Source of the DNA: Balanoglossus misakiensis | Taxonomy: Eukaryota; Animalia; Hemichordata | DNA length: 64,000 nt | Reading direction: 5' to 3' | Assembly: GCA_040954595.2 (NCBI GenBank) | Contig: CM082598.2 | Location: 9,625,097-9,689,096, forward strand | Shown: positions 13,251 through 25,900 of the stretch, piece by piece | Layout of the letters: each line of letters opens with the position of its first letter | How positions within the stretch are numbered: position 1 is the first letter of the stretch | The notes under the pieces: generated by a model | Told to the model about the DNA's origin: nothing | The model's database searches: none | The model's input: the letters and a program-made list of their open reading frames with translations, nothing else | Program-made: the position numbers and the translations under genes

Positions 13251-16200
13251 CTGTGAAAAAAAAAAATAGGGTCAAGGACACTTGGTGCTCTCTGAGTGTG
13301 TGATGAGCAGCATGTTTGGAGAACAGTGGTTTGGTATATGGGTGAAAGGAACAATTTGCAAAGACCAAGGTGAAATGCCGAACTGTTTTGCTCATGTAAT
13401 ATTGAATGCAGCCTGATAAGGTGGGTGCTTGACAGGGGAAAAAACCACATGTCAAGGGCTCTAATAACTATTTTAAATTTAGTCTTAAAATGGCCCGCAC
13501 ACACAAATGGCCCCACACAAATATATTCTGTCATTTCCCTCTCAGATTTTGTGTCTTATGTTATACTGATGGAATTCATTGCGTATTGTTATATCAAATT
13601 GCACCAGTGCAAGGTATGAGAAATGCATTCTGAAAAAAAACAGTGCAAGTAGAAGTACTAAAAGTGAAAGAAATACATCTTGAAAAAAAAATATCAGCAT
13701 TTAGGATAAGCTGAACACAGTATATGAAATAAATTAAAATAGTCATTGCTCTCTGGTCCATCATTTTCAGTAGAAGTGACATGATTTCACATCAATAGTG
13801 TTGTCGTTGTTTATGATGATAAAAACATTTTAAAAAAATTAATGTGTCATTTCCTGCTACCGTAATCGTGGAAAACACGGCCTAGGTCGCCCGACGTCAC
13901 TCGTGGAAAACATGACCTAGGTCGGCAAACGTCTACGAGTGACGTTGGGCGACCTAGGCCGTGTTTTCCACGTTTACGGTAGCAGGAAATGACACATAAT
14001 TTAAAAAAAAATGTTTTTATCATCATAAACAACGACAACACGATTCATTCCTCTATTCCCTGCGATTTGTTATTGGATCCAGGGTGCACCGCTCGATTAC
14101 TAAAAGACGCTTCCGGTTCGTGGAAAATTTAACGTGCAGTGATCCCAGACTCTCTTTCTCGCACAGCGCCCTCTAGAGACGAGAGAAAGAGTAAGAGAGT
14201 CTGGGTAACCGAGACTATCTGGAGTGCCCAATCACTCTGCCCGATCCCTATATATGGAAGTGCTCATTAATATTTAATAATGAAAGCGCCCTCGAGGTCA
14301 GACAAGTTTTTGACCAATCAGAAAGCAGCTATTACACTCGTAGTGTACAAGTACTTTGTCTTTTTATATACCCATGTTTCTCACTCTGTAAAACGAAATT
14401 CTCTCGGCTAAAGAACTTGCCCGCTGGCATATCGATTCTTTGACCCCAAAGCAACAAGTTTACCATTGCGATTGGATTTTCACCGTTGCTTTGAGGTTTG
14501 AGGCCGTCGTGAATCACGGCGTGGCCATGGGTCCAGCCAAGCACGAAGACATTTCTCCAGGAATCACATCAGGTAGTGATACCGCAAAATGGGGACTTTT
14601 GGCGTCAAATTTGTTAGTCATTGTGGTGATAGGCGTCGGACATCGGAACATGGGTGGACGATATACACACAAGTGCGCCAATCCGTACCATGAAGCATGG
14701 ACAGGGCATCTGCGCTTACTGCACAGATATGTTTTTGGAAAGAAGGAATACACCCCTAGACCAGTATCCGGTTGGTACTATTACCCGGTCACTTCGCGGA
14801 AAAGACGCGATATCTACGCGATATTCAAGAGTCGATGTATTTGATGGGTATACTCATTAGTAATCGGTAGAAGTTTCGACGTCGTACGGGTTGAACTTGA
14901 GCGGAATCGCCCGAAAACAAGAGATGCGCACAATCGATCATTTCCTTCATACTACGCATTTTACGGTAGCTACGCAAGAGCCGCACTTTAAAAGTCGGCC
15001 TGTCGTCAATATTTTTGAGCTTTTCCACCAAAATTGCTGTTCTAGTACTTGTCGAGTCATCATGAACGAGTTCATGTATGAGATTTCAAAATTGGCGCAA
15101 ACATTTACGCGCCTTTCGCGTACATCGGGAGGAATGCTTTAGACGGGTAAGCCGGTCATGTGGACTTGTCATAGAAAAGACGTGCACTGTGGGCTAGTAA
15201 GTCGCGACTTCCAGGTCGAAGAGGGGTCGACTTCGTAGTTTTTTTCTTTGAATGAAAGTCCGTATATTCATGATTCTACTGATAAGGGGCCAAATACTTT
15301 ACGAGAATATGCATTCTATTTGAATCTAACTGTGTTTGTGCAACTGATGCAACGTGAGCGGAGTACTGGTCCAAGTGACCGCATACAGGTCTAGCGACAC
15401 CGATCGTTTGGGAATCTTTTTTACCTTGACCTTTGTCAACTTGACCCGGATTTGTATTTTTTTTCTATTGTCAGTCCTCCAGTGCTAAAAATACATGGCG
15501 TTGTTGTAGTATCGGAGTTGCCGATGAAGCGCGAGTATCGTTTTTAATAAAAGTGACTGGATACTGGTCTAGGGGGTGTAGTCATTAAGCCATGCAAACC
15601 AGGTACTGATCGATCAAGTGTCAATGATGTCGACATCACACTGAATAAACCCAATTGACGAACTATATAAACCAATGTAAAATATCGACGAGAATTTTAT
15701 GAAGTACAAGCTTTTCCGTGTCTCCTCCGTTGTACATGCGTTCATCTTCATGCTTGTATACATCGATCGTACACAGTTTTACTTCATGTCAATGACTTTG
15801 ATCTAGACTACTACATGTGTATCGACACAGAAGGTCGGGTGCCGCTCCGTGCGTGAAAACTTCGCTTGTTATTGACAGCTAACATTTATCTAAAATTGCC
15901 AATGAGGGCTTGATCAAAGACAATAAGATGACAATGAAAACCGCTTTCCTGAATATCAGCAATCAGATCAGAAAGACGGAGCAGAAACAGTGCACAAACA
16001 CATTAAAACGTCGCGTGGCACTTGCAGTTGACTTCAGGTCATCTGACTACTCATTAATATGCGCACGCATCTGATTGGTCACTTCAGTAAACTTTCAGCA
16101 CCTTTGACCCTATATGAATATTAATGAGCACTTCCATATATAGGGATCGGGCAGAGTGCCAATGGAAGAAGCAGGGGGGGGTCTAGGTAACCGAGACTAA

Positions 16201-19200
16201 TTGAACTGGTGACTCCATTATTGATATGCAAATTACTGGTGAATCGGAATCCATGGCTTAATCTGAATCTGAAATCGACATAAACTTCAAAAACAAATAT
16301 GGCGGGTTTATTATCTACCGTATATTCTCGCAATTAAGCGCCATTTCAAATTTTGGTGGCGCCAAAACAAAGGCAGAAATTTGCCTTTTCAAAAATCCGT
16401 GGCGCTTATTCATTGATCGCCCTGTATACTGTACCCTGTTGATTCATATGCAAATAATTTGGGACGTTCCAATCAGAGTTCTCGTAAGGGGGTGTCCACA
16501 GTGAATGAATGGCTGTTTCAAATTCATATGTAAAGTTTCAACATTTTCTATTCAAATACAGTCAGTTCAATGTATTGTCTAATAAATATTCCAGAAATAA
16601 AAAGTTGTCAACGAAGTGAATACTACGAGCAGCATTACAGTATGCTGGCTGAACCATCAACAAAATCTATTATAACACACCATGCAGCGAACCCTCGATC
16701 GTGATTCGTCAATACGCCGTCACGTGACCTTAGTCATTTCTAACTGTTCCCTAGGGCATCAGTTCGATCGGTTTCTGCCCGGTACTGTTGCCTGGATGTG
16801 GTGTGTGTCGTGTTTGGTGTGTTATAAAACACATGATGACTGACATATTCGGGCAACAGTGTATTTTTGATGACCTCGGGACTGCCAGTCACACCAAAAC
16901 AAGACTGTTTTAGTTGTGACTAGCAGCGCCCTCGGTCATCAAAATACACTGTTGCCCTCATTGTCAGTCATCATGTGTATACTGACGTATAGTGGTTTAG
17001 TCCAAGTGCGTCTTTGTCATCATGCTCTCACACATGTAAGGTCAGGCAAGGTTGCATGAATACTCTGGTTGCGTGAATATTCATGAGAAACTTATAACCG
17101 CAAACATTCACAACTTGAAACTAGTCCTATTATTTCAAAGCCCTGGCCATATGGTCAAACTTGGGTGGTAGTGCCGGTAACGTAAGCGGCCGCCGATCGA
17201 TCGACAGGAAAAAGACAAGTGTCTAGACACCCGGCACCTGTGTCTTTTGCAGTGAATAATAATTTACATAAATTAGGAGGTTGACATGTGCCTGATTTCA
17301 TCTTGTAAATAAATAGCACATCAGCCCAAAGCATGCATTGTCTGCTCAGGTCAATTATTATTCACGCAGCAAGCCCCGTTGATTTTGACAAGACCCCTAA
17401 ACAGGTGTTACCTCGGTAGTACTTGCCATGACTCACGTACGTCCACACACCTTAAAAAAAATAAAAATTCCTGGCGCTTAATTTTAAGTAAAAAGTAGCA
17501 AAGTCAGGTATCATTGGCACCTAATCATGGGTGGCGCTTAATTGCGAGAATATACGGTATGTAATTATTGTTTTTTAGTTTGTCGTGTGCTACAAAATAC
17601 TTTTATATTTGCAAGCAAATAAGAAAAAGAAACGCGTTACTGGTGAATTGGAATCCGTGGCTTAATCTGAATCTGAAATCGACATAAACTTCGAAAACAA
17701 ATATGGCGGGTAATAGGCAGTCACGATCTCACACTTGCCATACAATGTAGTACGTCGTATTTTCTGCGGGAGTAATTTTGGGAACACTACACCTATTTGT
17801 AATCGTTATATTTAATTATACAGGTAAATTTTGAGGTTATATCTGAGGTCAAAAAGAATTCTGAGGTCCGGGTTCTGAGGTTCTGAAACTTCACAGGGTT
17901 CTGAGGGGCTCTGACTCAGAGAGTTCTGACTCAGAGGGCTCTGAAGAGTCAACTTTACCGCAGGAAGGCCCCTTATGTCTGAGCTGCATGCATACCTCGC
18001 ATATCACTTCATAAAGGGTTATACCATGTACAGTTGCGACATAAGAGGCCAGCTGCACCATGCCACGATCGATGACGAAACACATTTATCACGCACAAAC
18101 ACAAAGCGAGTAATACTGCAGCATCAGCTGGGTATTCCGAACTTGGATACCGGTACTTTGAATTAAACCTCACACTGGCTAATCCGTTCCAATTTCTGTC
18201 GCCGTTCCAATTCTTTCCCAACACCTCAAAACTCACAGCAAAAATGATTTAAAATGTAAATTGCAGAAACATACTCATGGAGGTATACATGTATGTACCT
18301 GGGCTATGTACCTCTTCGATTTCTGTATGTATTTTTAAACCTGTATGTTGCATTGCATGAATTATCCATGAATTATTTAAGCAATAAAACACCCCCAGCC
18401 CATCGCTCGTGCGTATATGGAGTTGAACTGGTCAAAATCGAGTGGTATACCATGGCTGGGGGTGTTTTATTGCTATTATATTATGCCAGTATATTGAAAC
18501 TTTGCATAAAACATTTTAAAAAGGCATTTTCTTTGACTATGATATATGACTGTGGTATATGGCTAATATATCACGGTCACGTGTCGTGTCTCGACCAATC
18601 AAATAGCGTGATTTACACCATCAATATACTGGTATAATATAATCTTCGATATCAAATGACGTCAGACATGCTCAGGTGCAGTGACGTTGGCATTCAAATT
18701 TCCAGCTGATGGGAATCGCTACCAAATCAAAGTATGTGTTTTAGATGACAGAGAAACCTAATGTCTGGCTATTCATGTTTCAAAAGTTGGTCGAACATTC
18801 GAGATATTATCGATCGAAATGTGTCACTCGTCCTGGGGACGTGCGTTACCGTTCCGCTTACGACGTAAGATGGTGTTTGAGCGATATCGCAAATTTCTCT
18901 CTGAAAGGAATGCGTACGACATACTGTTTTCATGCAAAAAATGCTAGCATATTTAAAAGTGTCATGCATATGAACAACGTCCACCATGACTGGGAGGAGC
19001 TGAGCTGAGCTCACGCATAGTTTCACAATTAGATTCGCAATGGTTTTGTATACGGATTTGTTGTATTTTTCACGTTTTCCGTTTTTTTTATTCATGATTA
19101 ATCAAACACTTTTCAAGACACATTCTAAGCAAAAAATGAAAATTATTGACTACACTTCGATGGCACTCTGCTCCGTAGAACAAAGTGTCCCCCCTTTTTG

Positions 19201-22200
19201 GTAATGCACGTCGCCAGACTCCATGAGACGATTGCATACCCTTCCTAACATACACTGTATACGGGCGCGTCTGTCTTGGCTAGCAACAGAGTCGTACGAT
19301 CGTCTGCCGCGTGCTGGGCCGGGCGCGTGCAATTTGTAGATTGTGCCATCACTTCCGCGTTCCGCGGCGCTAGTGTGTTCGCTCGCATATTTTGCAAGTC
19401 CAGCTGTAGCTAGGCCGTTCATGAGTGTAGTTCTCGTTCACACCAAAAAAAAACCCACGAAATATTGTATTGTGTGTTCGTTTAGGCCTATGCTAAGTTA
19501 TCCATACACTTTATTGTTCCATGACGCCCGTGCTTCAATGTGGTGCAGACGAAACGCCATGAGGCTGATGGGGCACCATACATGATACATGTGACGTGTC
19601 TGGTGGTTCTAAAGTGAAAACATAGTCGGAAAAACTTTTACTGGATTCTGAAATATTGCTTGCCAGTCACCTGGAAATGACAACGCTGTGGGTCATATGG
19701 CCATATCACGTGATTGACAGTAAAGAATACCGGTATTACCTGGAATTCAATGTAATGAGATTTTTCTCTACAGTGTTCATCAAGTTGTTGTCTTCCTTCC
19801 AGGAGCACAATATTACACAAAGTGCAGAAGAATGCTTTAACCATGTAATTCTGACCTGAGACAAAAAAGACATTAGAGAATTGAAATGTAACTGCAATGA
19901 GGCCTGAGGAATAATAATACTAATCATAATAATAAAGACAATTAAATTATAATGCGCCTAATCTCTGATAATCAGAGCTCGAGGCGCGGGACGGCAAAAA
20001 GTAAACTCAAGAGGAGGACCTGTTGAAACACAGGCACTGGAATCAATGCACACACGTTTGTTATGTAGATGTCATCCACTGCTTTATGTCAGTGATACAG
20101 TTTTGGATATATTCTGTGGTTGGCTTAACAGCTTTGAGTCTTCGTTAGCTGCTGAAAATTCAAGCTGAGATTCATTTTACTTGCACATATGTATATGATG
20201 GTACACCAATCACTTGATTTTTTATTTGGGGAGGGTGAACAGATTTTTTTCCAATACTTATTATGACGTTTAGCTCCAAAAGGAGACATGTATACAAGCC
20301 GATTATCAAACAAGATATTACTCCATATGGACAGACACAGCCTTGTCTATTTCAAGAGCAATTCAAAACCTAACTCAACATATCAAATTCCAATCACTCC
20401 ATTGCCATATAGTAAAGTTGTACAGTTGTTTGAGGGCGCTCCATTGCTCCACCACTACCATATAGTCTATGGCTATACATTTATCATCCTGATCTTTTTC
20501 ATCATCCAGGCTGGACGAATTAGCTGGGTCGTCTCAACCTCTGTGTGCAACCCCTAGTACAGAATTTTTCAACACTCTGGCATGTCATTCTATTATCCTT
20601 TCCAACTGTCATCAGAATAACAAAACATCAATTTATGAAAACCCTCTATTGCCAGTGGTTTCAAAGAAGCTCTGCAACACTGACAACTGAGTTGAAAATT
20701 CAAAATGGAGCCTTCTGGATATGCCAACTGGACATGTAAATGTTGTCAATTACCTTGGGGTGCATCACTTATAATGTCTTCATCATGTTCCTCTTTTGTA
20801 ATATGAGAGTTCTCATTGTGATTGTTCTGAAATTACAACAAAACAGAAAAGGCAATAAAATGATGTCACTCACATGTTTGAGATATTACATTCATCTTGG
20901 ATGAAACACTGTTAGTAATCTCTACAGAGCAGCTGCCTGTTTGATGTAGTCACTGTGAAACAGTCCCATGCTAAAGTAACATTTTGAACCTTTAGTAATA
21001 GTATGGTCACCCACATAATGCAGTTTTCCAGTTTAATTCCTTAAAGGGTTTATGACATGCTTTGAAAAGTTTTCATTTTTCCCCATCTAAAGCTCACCTA
21101 GGGTACCCGTCTATGCATTGCCTATTGTGTCGGTTCCGAAAAATGTGCGCGAATGCCGGAATTTGCCCCCTTTTATCATGCCTGTGATCAGGGAGCCACT
21201 TCGCACTCGAGCCAGGCGAAGGTATTTGCATATGGACAAACAAGTACACTAAGTCCTGGTGTACCATTCTGTTTACAGTAAAGTGTAATTAGCGGTCCAT
21301 GAGTAATTAAGTCCACAGACAAAGGCAAGCTACATAAACAGTGTTCAAAGCAAATGAAGCCCTTGCCTCACATTACAGGCAGAGGATTTACAAAGGTGTG
21401 AAAGACTATTTGTCCACATCAAGATAAGTCTTCAGCTTAACTTCGAAAAGCCGAAAAAAATCGACTGAGTTGGGTTAGGGGTACACGCCCACTCGTCACT
21501 TTTACTTGCCTGTTATCTAAGCACAGAGGGTGATACGCAATGCAAGATAGTAACATACGTTAACTTCAAGACCCAAAGAGTGATTTTACGCGTGGTTGTA
21601 TAGGGCATGGCATGGGACCTTTAAATGTATGTAAAAGGCAATTGGTAACAGAAATTCTAACATCCTACTCACAAGGTCTCTGTCACTATGTGCTGTTTGT
21701 CTCGACTCTTGATATCTTCTCTTAGAATTATCTTTATTTCTCCTTTTGCTATGATCCACTGACGCATTCCACTCTGTGTCTCTTACCCAAGTGTCCGACC
21801 TGCTATCTCTTGATCGCTCCAGACTTCTTTGTCTAATGTTGTCTTCTCTGTCTGTCCTATTACGTCCACTTCTACTAGATCCTTGGTCTTCTCTGCTGGT
21901 GCCACCACTGCTTCTCCATTGTCTGTTTCCACCTTTATTAGCCCAAATAAAAAAATCGCGTCAAGGACACGGTGGTCCCATTGAGTTAGGGCCTGGTCAG
22001 AATTAACAGGGGGGGGGGGGGGGGAAGGCCGGTGCGATTCAAAATCCGCATGCATGAAAAATACTGACCCTCCACCGATTTCTTGCACAACAAATGCTGA
22101 CCCTCCCCCTTCTCCGTGAACAAAATCAAGTGACCCTCCCCACAATATCCGATGATTCATTCTGATTTGTACAATCAGATATTACTCAGTCAAACCAGGC

Positions 22201-22880
22201 AAAGTTCACATGTGTACAGAAAATTGTAGACCACTATTAGATACACCTCAGTTAGTTATTTGCTTGTTTCCTCCAAAGTGTGACATTTGCAGTACATGAA
22301 TACTTTGATTCCTATGGCTTTTAAATATTCATTTTGAAATTTTCACTCTTATTCCTCAACATACTTTTCCTAGATAAATACAGTTATATGTACTTCATAT
22401 CATTGTTAGTATCTAAAACAGAAAAAGTTATTAAATGGACAACCTCGATGATACAAATCATGGAGAATTGTGGGTAAAATATCGTACTGTGCTCCCCTTC
22501 CCTTAAGAAATTAGGGTTAGGGTTAGGGTTAGGGGATTTAAGATCACATACTGGTACATGTGTATGTTTTGTGAGTTGTGTGATGTATTTTGTAGTACAA
22601 GGGATGTCAATACATCCATACAGGAGTGCCTACATGAGCGCAAGTCTCTTTTCAGGATTTCTCTGTAACACTTCAAATTTTTGACATTATCGGTGTCATC
22701 CTTGCACAAAAATTAGTGACCCTCCCCTTGACAAGTGCCCAAAATGTAGCGGCCCTCCCCCAAACCGTTGCATGAGAAATGGTGACCCTCCCCCCAATCG
22801 CACCGGCATTCCCCCCCTGTTAATTCTGACCAGACCCTTATTACACAAGAAAAAGTCTCCACCGGAGTACATGGCCATAT

Positions 22881-22923
<43 letters not shown>

Positions 22924-25900
22924 CACACACACACACATAGCGAGAGATCAATGGGCAAGCACTGACTGAACCATAAGCTGCCAATGGCATACGTACTGTA
23001 CATACACTAAATGGAACAGCTGGCCTCTTTAAAACTTAGCCAGTTATGTAATCATGCAGGAATTTACTGTGTAAATCAATCACAGAGGGAACTTCCTGCC
23101 TAATTAAAACAACTCAATAAAGTAAATACACACCACTTTGCAAAGCAATCTGACCAGTAGTTCTTGAGTTACTGAGTTTTGACCAAATTCACATTTTTCC
23201 AGCTAATTTGCATATTTTTGGCGATGACACCTTCATTTGAACAAACTCTCATCTACAGCCCAGCCTGCATCTGCACACCAAATATCAAGGTGATACACGC
23301 AGCGGTTTTCAAGTTTTTGATGTGGACGGACATACAGACATACATACATCCGTACATACCGTACTTGCCCGGGTAAGAGCCCCTGCTCGGACAAACGCCC
23401 CCCCCCCCCCCCCCCCATGGTTTTAGGGCCTATTTGAAGATCGAGGTTATATCCGGTCTAAAGCCCCCCCCCCCCCTCCTTCGGCCGAATATCCATTAAA
23501 TGTCTTGGAAATTTAATAAAGTGCAATGCAAAAAAGGCGGATTTTCATCCCCAAAGTCACTAAATGTGAAAATAAAAACGTATGATGATTTACTTGCCTC
23601 GAATTCAACGATCACGTAGATGGACGCGCTGCCGCGTATGAGGTCACCGGGGAGTTTTCCAAAGCGGCCGCGTGGAGCTGCTTCAGTCCGTCCTCGGCGC
23701 GAAACACCCAAAATTGGAAGATCGCGACTTGGACTCGGAGAATGAACCACTCAAAAATTCCGGTAGAGAAAGGCATGATTTCCATGATGCCGATGCAGAA
23801 AACTACTCATAAAGATAGATGTATTTACGTGCATCCGTCGACGTCTAAGTAAACAGTAGCGTGTAAGGTGAACATGCATGGGTGGGATCGACCATTTACC
23901 AATGTCCCGCGCCGGTTAAACGGGATGTTTTGTCTGCGCCCATGGTGTCCCGATTAAACGGCGGCGACTGTAATATGTTTTCTGTATTTGATTTATGGGA
24001 AAACAACTTTTTATTATTTAATAAAGTACATTGTTTGACCGTGAAATGTTTTGCCATGTTATTTGCATCATTATTCACCCCTTCCTCGTGTCCCTAGGCC
24101 CTCATTTGCATAAATGTCGAGGTTGCGTCCGGGCTAAAGCCCCCCCCCCCCCCTGTTTTTTCGCTAATTTGTGGGCCCAGCACCCGGGGCTCTTACCCGG
24201 GCAAGTACGGTACATACATCCATACATACATACAGACGCAACCGATCCCATAAGGTCCCATGGTATATACCAATGGGACCTAAAAATGTGCTGTTCTGAT
24301 TACATGGTTTTCAAAAATAGGTCCTTGACGCTATTTTTTATATCTTTGGCCGCCGTAGTGTAGAAGAATGACATCATAGTTCTTACGTGATTCTCGCACA
24401 GCCAGTGCCATATACGAAGACCAGTGTGTCGATGTCCTCTATCAATCATGTGGTTTCTTTTTATAAAAGCTTTGAGTCTATTTTGGGAGATTTATTCGCA
24501 GCTTCCCTGTAACTTTACATGAAGTATGAATCATTTGTTGCGCATCATCAGTGAGATTGTTGAGTCAGTCACTCAGTCAGTCTGTGGCACATCATTTTGC
24601 ACATACATGTATTTTTTTATTTGGCCTTACTATCTCTGCCATGTTTGGTTCCATCCTCTCTTCCATCTCGGCTCTTTCTGTTCCCATTTCTGTGACGGTC
24701 TCTTCTGTCTCTGTTATCATCTCGCCTGTCAGATTTTCTGTATTGATCTTGGGGTGTTTCAAAATCCCTTGAGTGTTTCTCATACTACCAAAAAATTAAG
24801 AATGTATAAGATTATGGTCTAGTATTACAAATAATAATTACAGATGTGACATTAATAGAATCTCACACTGCCAAGGACCTGGGATCATACTTCTCACACA
24901 AGTTGGGGATTTTTGTGGGACAAAATATCCCTGACGAGTGTGAGAAATATGATCCCAGGCCCTTGTAGTGTGGGATTCTATTTCTCACACGGTCACAAAT
25001 TAGCCAAATTCATATGAAAAACATTGACTAAATTACTCTGGAACTATCGCCTGGCACTTGTAGTCTCTGTCCGTGTTATACACATCGCGCCATTGGATAA
25101 CATTTAACGCGCGTTAATAAAGAACGATTCCACATCCAATCAGCACATCTGCACACCAAATATCAAGGTGATATGCCAAGCGGTTTTCAAGTTTTTGATG
25201 TGGACATACATACACACACATACACGAATCAACACAATAAAGAAACCATATACCGTAATCGTGCCTTCTGTTCGACCACACCATTAGTTCGACCACCCGC
25301 TATTCTTCCGATAATTAATTATTTTACAACCCCTAAAATTTCGCCTAGTGCGTAAACGCATAACCTGTTTTCCCCTTGGCCTGAGCTCAAACAGCCATGA
25401 ATGGATAATGACCCTTGTCTGACCTCAAATCAGGCGTGAATAGTTAATTAAGGAAAGGGATCATTTTGTAACAGAGGAAGTGGCAGTTTCTAATGAGCTT
25501 GCTGTAAAATTACCCCTCTGAAAAGAGCGATGTTTAGCACCTTGCTTAGTCAACGGTCAATGTGCCTTGTTGCTGATGGTCATCAGTAAAATGAGGAGCC
25601 CCAAAACCTATAGGCAAAACCTTAAGGTAGTCGGAACTTACTGCAGCTGGGGCTCTGCTGAAAAAATTGAGACGCCCAGTGGAAGTGATAGTGAAACTTG
25701 TAGCAAAGTTCATGGTGATAATTACTAGGCAACTGGGTCTTGCCGTTGTCTGCCTAAAAATACATCCCTGAGCGTGAATAAATTAAAAACGTCTTTGTCC
25801 CAAGGGACCAACTCAAAGAGTGTTCCCACATGCTTTTATATTACGCACTGGTTTCAAAGCTGTAAGACTCACAGGCGGTACCGTAGTAGCGCTTATACTT

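Noticed and set aside
15153-15191. Perfect RSS heptamer (CACAGTG on the minus strand) inside the CAC element
   Set aside because: No convincing nonamer at 12 or 23 bp (at best 5/9); a 7-mer is expected by chance
22511-22534. (TTAGGG)4 telomere-like tract
   Set aside because: Very short and inside a MITE; no evidence for a fusion or healing site
24592-24783. ORF-track peptide MRNTQGILKHP...
   Set aside because: Wrong frame; splice phases support the RD-rich frame
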